The notes below the pieces were generated by a model. That model saw nothing but the letters and a program-made list of their open reading frames with translations. It was not told where the DNA came from and made no database searches. Positions 61,014 to 64,000 of a stretch of DNA of 64,000 bases are shown in pieces; the stretch's first letter is position 1, and each line of letters opens with the position of its first letter. Position numbers and translations under genes: made by a program. The stretch is from Candidatus Marinacidobacterales bacterium (lineage in GTDB: Bacteria > Acidobacteriota > Vicinamibacteria > Marinacidobacterales > SMYC01), in contig OZ240210.1 of NCBI GenBank assembly GCA_965197495.1, positions 3,623,898 through 3,687,897 on the forward strand. Direction: 5' to 3'.

Positions 61014-62528
61014 TCACTCCGCGCGCTCGTAGACTTCGATCGCAGGGTTTAACTTCGCCATGTTCCCGTGGATGTTCTCGAAGTCGAGGAGCATGCCTTT
61101 CGGTTGCGACTGATGCTGAAGCGCGAGGCCGTAACCCGCGCGCCCCGCCGAGAGCTTCGTGAAGAGCTCGCCTTCGCGGGTGTCCCGTGCGAAGCGTGCA
61201 GCATATTCGGGATTGATGACGAGATAGTCGGGCCGCGAACGCTCGAGAACCGACTCCGTCGGTCGGAGCCTTTTTGCGGCCAAACCGTCGAAACGCGGGA
61301 GGTAATATTCCGGCCCCATGAAACCCACGACCTCGCCGGGCTCCATTTGCTCCTCGAGCCATTGCTCGACCCTGTAACGAGAATCGTTGAGCAACAAAAC
61401 GTCGACCGAAGCGGCGTAAAGAAAAGAGTACGCGAGCACTGCGACGATCCCGGCTCGGTACCAAAGTTTTCCAAGGCTCCACGCGGTTGCCAGCGCGTGG
61501 CCGGCGAAAAGAGACAAGATAAGCACGAGAGGCACGCTGTAGCGCAGCCACGTGCTGCACACCGGCGCGATGAAAAAGAGGTAATAAGAAAGCGCGGCGA
61601 GAAGGAGCCAGAGGGGGAGAGGGCTCGTGTCTCGTTTCACGAAGGCGAGCCACAGGCCAGCCGCGCTCGCGAGCGCCAGAGGCCAGCCGAGCCCAAACTG
61701 GATGTGGCGCACGGTTTGGAAAAACAGATCGAGCTGGCTGAGCGCGTCGGCCTCGAAAGCGCTGTAGTGACTTCGCGCCCAGAGGATTTCTTCTAAATGG
61801 TGGACGAAGCCCCAGAAATTAAAGACGACATTGTGGATAAGAAGAAAGAGGACGGTAGCTATCGCCGCTACGCGCATCAGGGCGCCATCCACGAGCTTTC
61901 CAGTGCGGCGGAAGCGGAGAAATAGGTACGCACCCATGGGGAGCACATAGAAAGCATAGGCCTGGTCTTTCGTGCACATCGCCAAGACGGCCATCACCGC
62001 GAACAACCACAAGTCACGTTCTTTTCCGATCTTCGAGTGGCGCACCAAAAAATACAAGGACAACAGCACCCAAAAGCAAAGCGGAACGTCGAGATTCGCG
62101 AACTTGGCGTAGTACACGAAAGGTGCCGTCAAGGCTGCGGCAAGACAAGCGAGAACCGCGGAGCGCCGGTCGAAAATCTCGATACCGATGCGGTAGAGCG
62201 TCAGCAATATCCCGACGCCCATCATCAGAGAGAGAGCGCGCCCCAGATAGTAGAGAACAGTCCGTCCCTCGACGCTCTCGATGTCGATCGCGTCGACGGC
62301 AAGGAGCGGCAGATAGGAAGCCGCCAGAAGGTAGTAATGAAGCGGCGGATAAGCAGGTTGATGCCAGTCGCCCGAGAAACGCTCCTCGATCCCCAAGAGA
62401 ATGACGGGCGGTTGTAGCTCGTCCGTAGCCCACGCGAATCGCGACGGCAGACCCCAAGATACCGCGGTGACGTTGAGACCGAGGCTCAATGCAATGATCG
62501 CGAGAAGGATCGCCCGATCGCGGATCAT
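61014..62528 (-). CDS. GT-C fold glycosyltransferase (ArnT/PMT-like)
   Basis: WGLP..WATDE, YPPLHYYL, many TMs, LAMCTKDQ. Confidence 0.8.
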   Translation of the reverse strand: MIRDRAILLAIIALSLGLNVTAVSWGLPSRFAWATDELQPPVILLGIEERFSGDWHQPAYPPLHYYLLAASYLPLLAVDAIDIESVEGRTVLYYLGRALSLMMGVGILLTLYRIGIEIFDRRSAVLACLAAALTAPFVYYAKFANLDVPLCFWVLLSLYFLVRHSKIGKERDLWLFAVMAVLAMCTKDQAYAFYVLPMGAYLFLRFRRTGKLVDGALMRVAAIATVLFLLIHNVVFNFWGFVHHLEEILWARSHYSAFEADALSQLDLFFQTVRHIQFGLGWPLALASAAGLWLAFVKRDTSPLPLWLLLAALSYYLFFIAPVCSTWLRYSVPLVLILSLFAGHALATAWSLGKLWYRAGIVAVLAYSFLYAASVDVLLLNDSRYRVEQWLEEQMEPGEVVGFMGPEYYLPRFDGLAAKRLRPTESVLERSRPDYLVINPEYAARFARDTREGELFTKLSAGRAGYGLALQHQSQPKGMLLDFENIHGNMAKLNPAIEVYERAE

Positions 62529-62606
62529 GGCGAGGACGGTATCACAGCTTCGTACAAGAGGGCGGAGCTCGGCTCGCGCTCATATCGCCCCCTCAAGGTC
62601 AAAAGA

Positions 62607-62936
62607 AATGGCCACAGAGACACCGAGACACAGAGATTCGAAGAGTGTTCTTCGTCGATCGCTTTCTCTGTACTACTAACCCGAAAAAGCTTCTATTTCT
62701 TGCAAGAATTTGAGCGGCTGCGGCCGGACCCGCGAGAGGGTAAATCAGTTAGAAGAGGCACCGCGGCGAAGAATTGGGACGGCGCACACTGAGAATGGGA
62801 CCGAGGCGCGAAGCGCCGAGCACCACGAGCTGACCGCTGACCGCCCGCGGCGGAGATTTGGTTGCGGCTCCGCCGCGCTGTGCCTCCGTGCCTCTGTGGC
62901 CATTCCCCTTTTGGTTGCGGCCACCGGCCGCGCTAG
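62607..62936. repeat. inverted-repeat element with 8-bp subunits plus two REP-like hairpins
   Basis: 62607-62633 vs 62878-62904 match 24/27 inverted; TTGGTTGCGGC-n-GCCGCGCT at 62858 and 62911. Confidence 0.7.
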
Positions 62937-63127
62937 GTTGTATGAAGAATCACGGTCCCGTTTGTGGGAGACTTTACCTCGATCAGCGGCTGGGGGAGGA
63001 GAGCGAGAGGACCGAGACGAGCGTGACCGCGCCTCCGACGAGAAGCCACGAAAAGCCGCGAGCCGTCCGCGACATAGCCGATGGCGCCGTAGAGAAGCGC
63101 GGCGTTGTCCGCGAAATTCGCGATTAA

Positions 63128-63715
63128 TGTCCCACTCGGGGATGGTTGAAATCCCTCGCCTTTAGGCGAAGCCTTTAGGAGGCTTGGGGTACGATCCCCA
63201 GGTGAAAGGATATCGTAAATCATCGCACACGACGTAGCAGTTAAACTATCACTTCGTATTTATCACGAAGTACCGCAAGCCGGCCTTGAGAGGGGATGTA
63301 GCGGTTCGTCTCCGGGATCTCATCCGGGAGATCTGTGCTCGGAACCAGATAGAAATACTGAAGGGTCATGTGCGGCCTGAGCACGTGCACCTGTTGCTGA
63401 GCGTGCCGCCGAATTTGTCGCTGAGTCGAGTGATGCAGTTGATCAAGGGTAAGACGTCGAATCGTCTGATGCGCGACTTACGGACGATGCGGAAGGAGTT
63501 CTGGGGTCGGCACCTATGGGCACGGGGTTACTTCGTGGTGACAACGGGCAACGTGACGGATGAGGTGATAGCGAAGTATATAGAGTTGCAGGGTGCCGTG
63601 CCCCAGGACGACGATTCTTTCAAGGCCAGTGAGTAGCGAAACGAGGCAAGGACAAGCCGACTTTAGTCGGCGACGTGAACCCATCGCCTTTAGGCGATGG
63701 AGCGCACGCGCTCAG
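63128..63715 (+). mobile_element. IS200/IS605-family element (tnpA only)
   Basis: Inserted after TTAA, ends TCAG, no TSD; subterminal TCGCCTTTAGGCGA hairpins at both ends. Confidence 0.9.
63202..63636 (+). pseudogene. tnpA: Y1 HUH transposase TnpA with premature TAG at codon 12
   Basis: MKGYRKSSHTT*QLNYHFVFITKYRK, EHVHLL, WARGYF, KYIELQ. Confidence 0.88.
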
Positions 63716-63762
63716 TCCCCAAACGCGCAGTGTGGCCGGGCCGAGGCGGGTCTCGAGATCTA

Positions 63763-64000
63763 TCATTCGAACCACCAGCCGAGACGGTTGAACACGTAAA
63801 TAATCGCGATCGAGTTCAAGAGCGTGATCTGGAGAAGAAGGCCGAAGTTCCATAATCGCGAACGGCAACGATCCTCGCCGAGCGCCCGTTTGTCGTTGAG
63901 CAGCAGATAGATCGACCAGGCAACGACATTGTCCGTGAGGGAGAGAAAGGCGCCAATCGCGATCACGAGCCATACCGGCCGCTCGTACCACGCTGCGAGA
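63763..64000 (-). CDS. membrane protein, 3' end only
   Basis: Open from the window edge, two hydrophobic segments, ATGA overlap with the next gene. Confidence 0.5.
   Translation of the reverse strand, partial: LAAWYERPVWLVIAIGAFLSLTDNVVAWSIYLLLNDKRALGEDRCRSRLWNFGLLLQITLLNSIAIIYVFNRLGWWFE

Larger units (their letters stand above)
62983..63766 (-). pseudogene. small membrane protein interrupted by the IS200-type element
   Basis: Removing 63128-63715 restores MIDLETRLGPATLRVWG|LIANFADNAALLYGAIGY; a further frameshift precedes the last TM. Confidence 0.65.

Noticed and set aside
51388-63240. Amber (TAG) recoding to explain in-frame stops in receptor 2 and tnpA
   Set aside because: TAG terminates conserved genes (rpsL, tuf, rpsJ, rplB), and the two sites would need different amino acids

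Overview
High-GC bacterial chromosome segment, most consistent with Acidobacteriota (Vicinamibacteria-like). This assignment is from recall of an RpoB insert, the RpoA N-terminus [12 protein letters not shown] and the S10 C-terminus [10 protein letters not shown], not from a database search. Bases 1-27.3 kb hold an essentially intact rpoB-rpoC / str / S10 / spc / alpha super-operon whose intergenic gaps contain short tandem and palindromic repeats, followed by a convergent EF-G paralogue. Bases 29.7-64 kb are an accessory region in decay. It holds a pilM/N/O-like remnant, three IS1634-family copies of type A and two of type B (nested, stacked or truncated, at CTAG/TTAG targets), and an IS200-type element whose ends obey the IS608 guide rule. 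It also holds an aminotransferase/2-hydroxyacid dehydrogenase pair, a Ser/Thr kinase-WD40 gene, and an arginine decarboxylase-agmatinase-deoxyhypusine synthase-like (homospermidine) operon preceded by an Arg-rich candidate leader peptide. The rest comprises two broken TonB-dependent receptor paralogues, a sulfatase-like fragment, thiI, an uncharacterised envelope cluster (2x DUF6644-like membrane proteins, a DUF6152-like His-His protein, two Cys-bearing secreted paralogues) and a GT-C glycosyltransferase. No tRNA, rRNA or CRISPR array was seen. All family names come from motif recognition, not searches.
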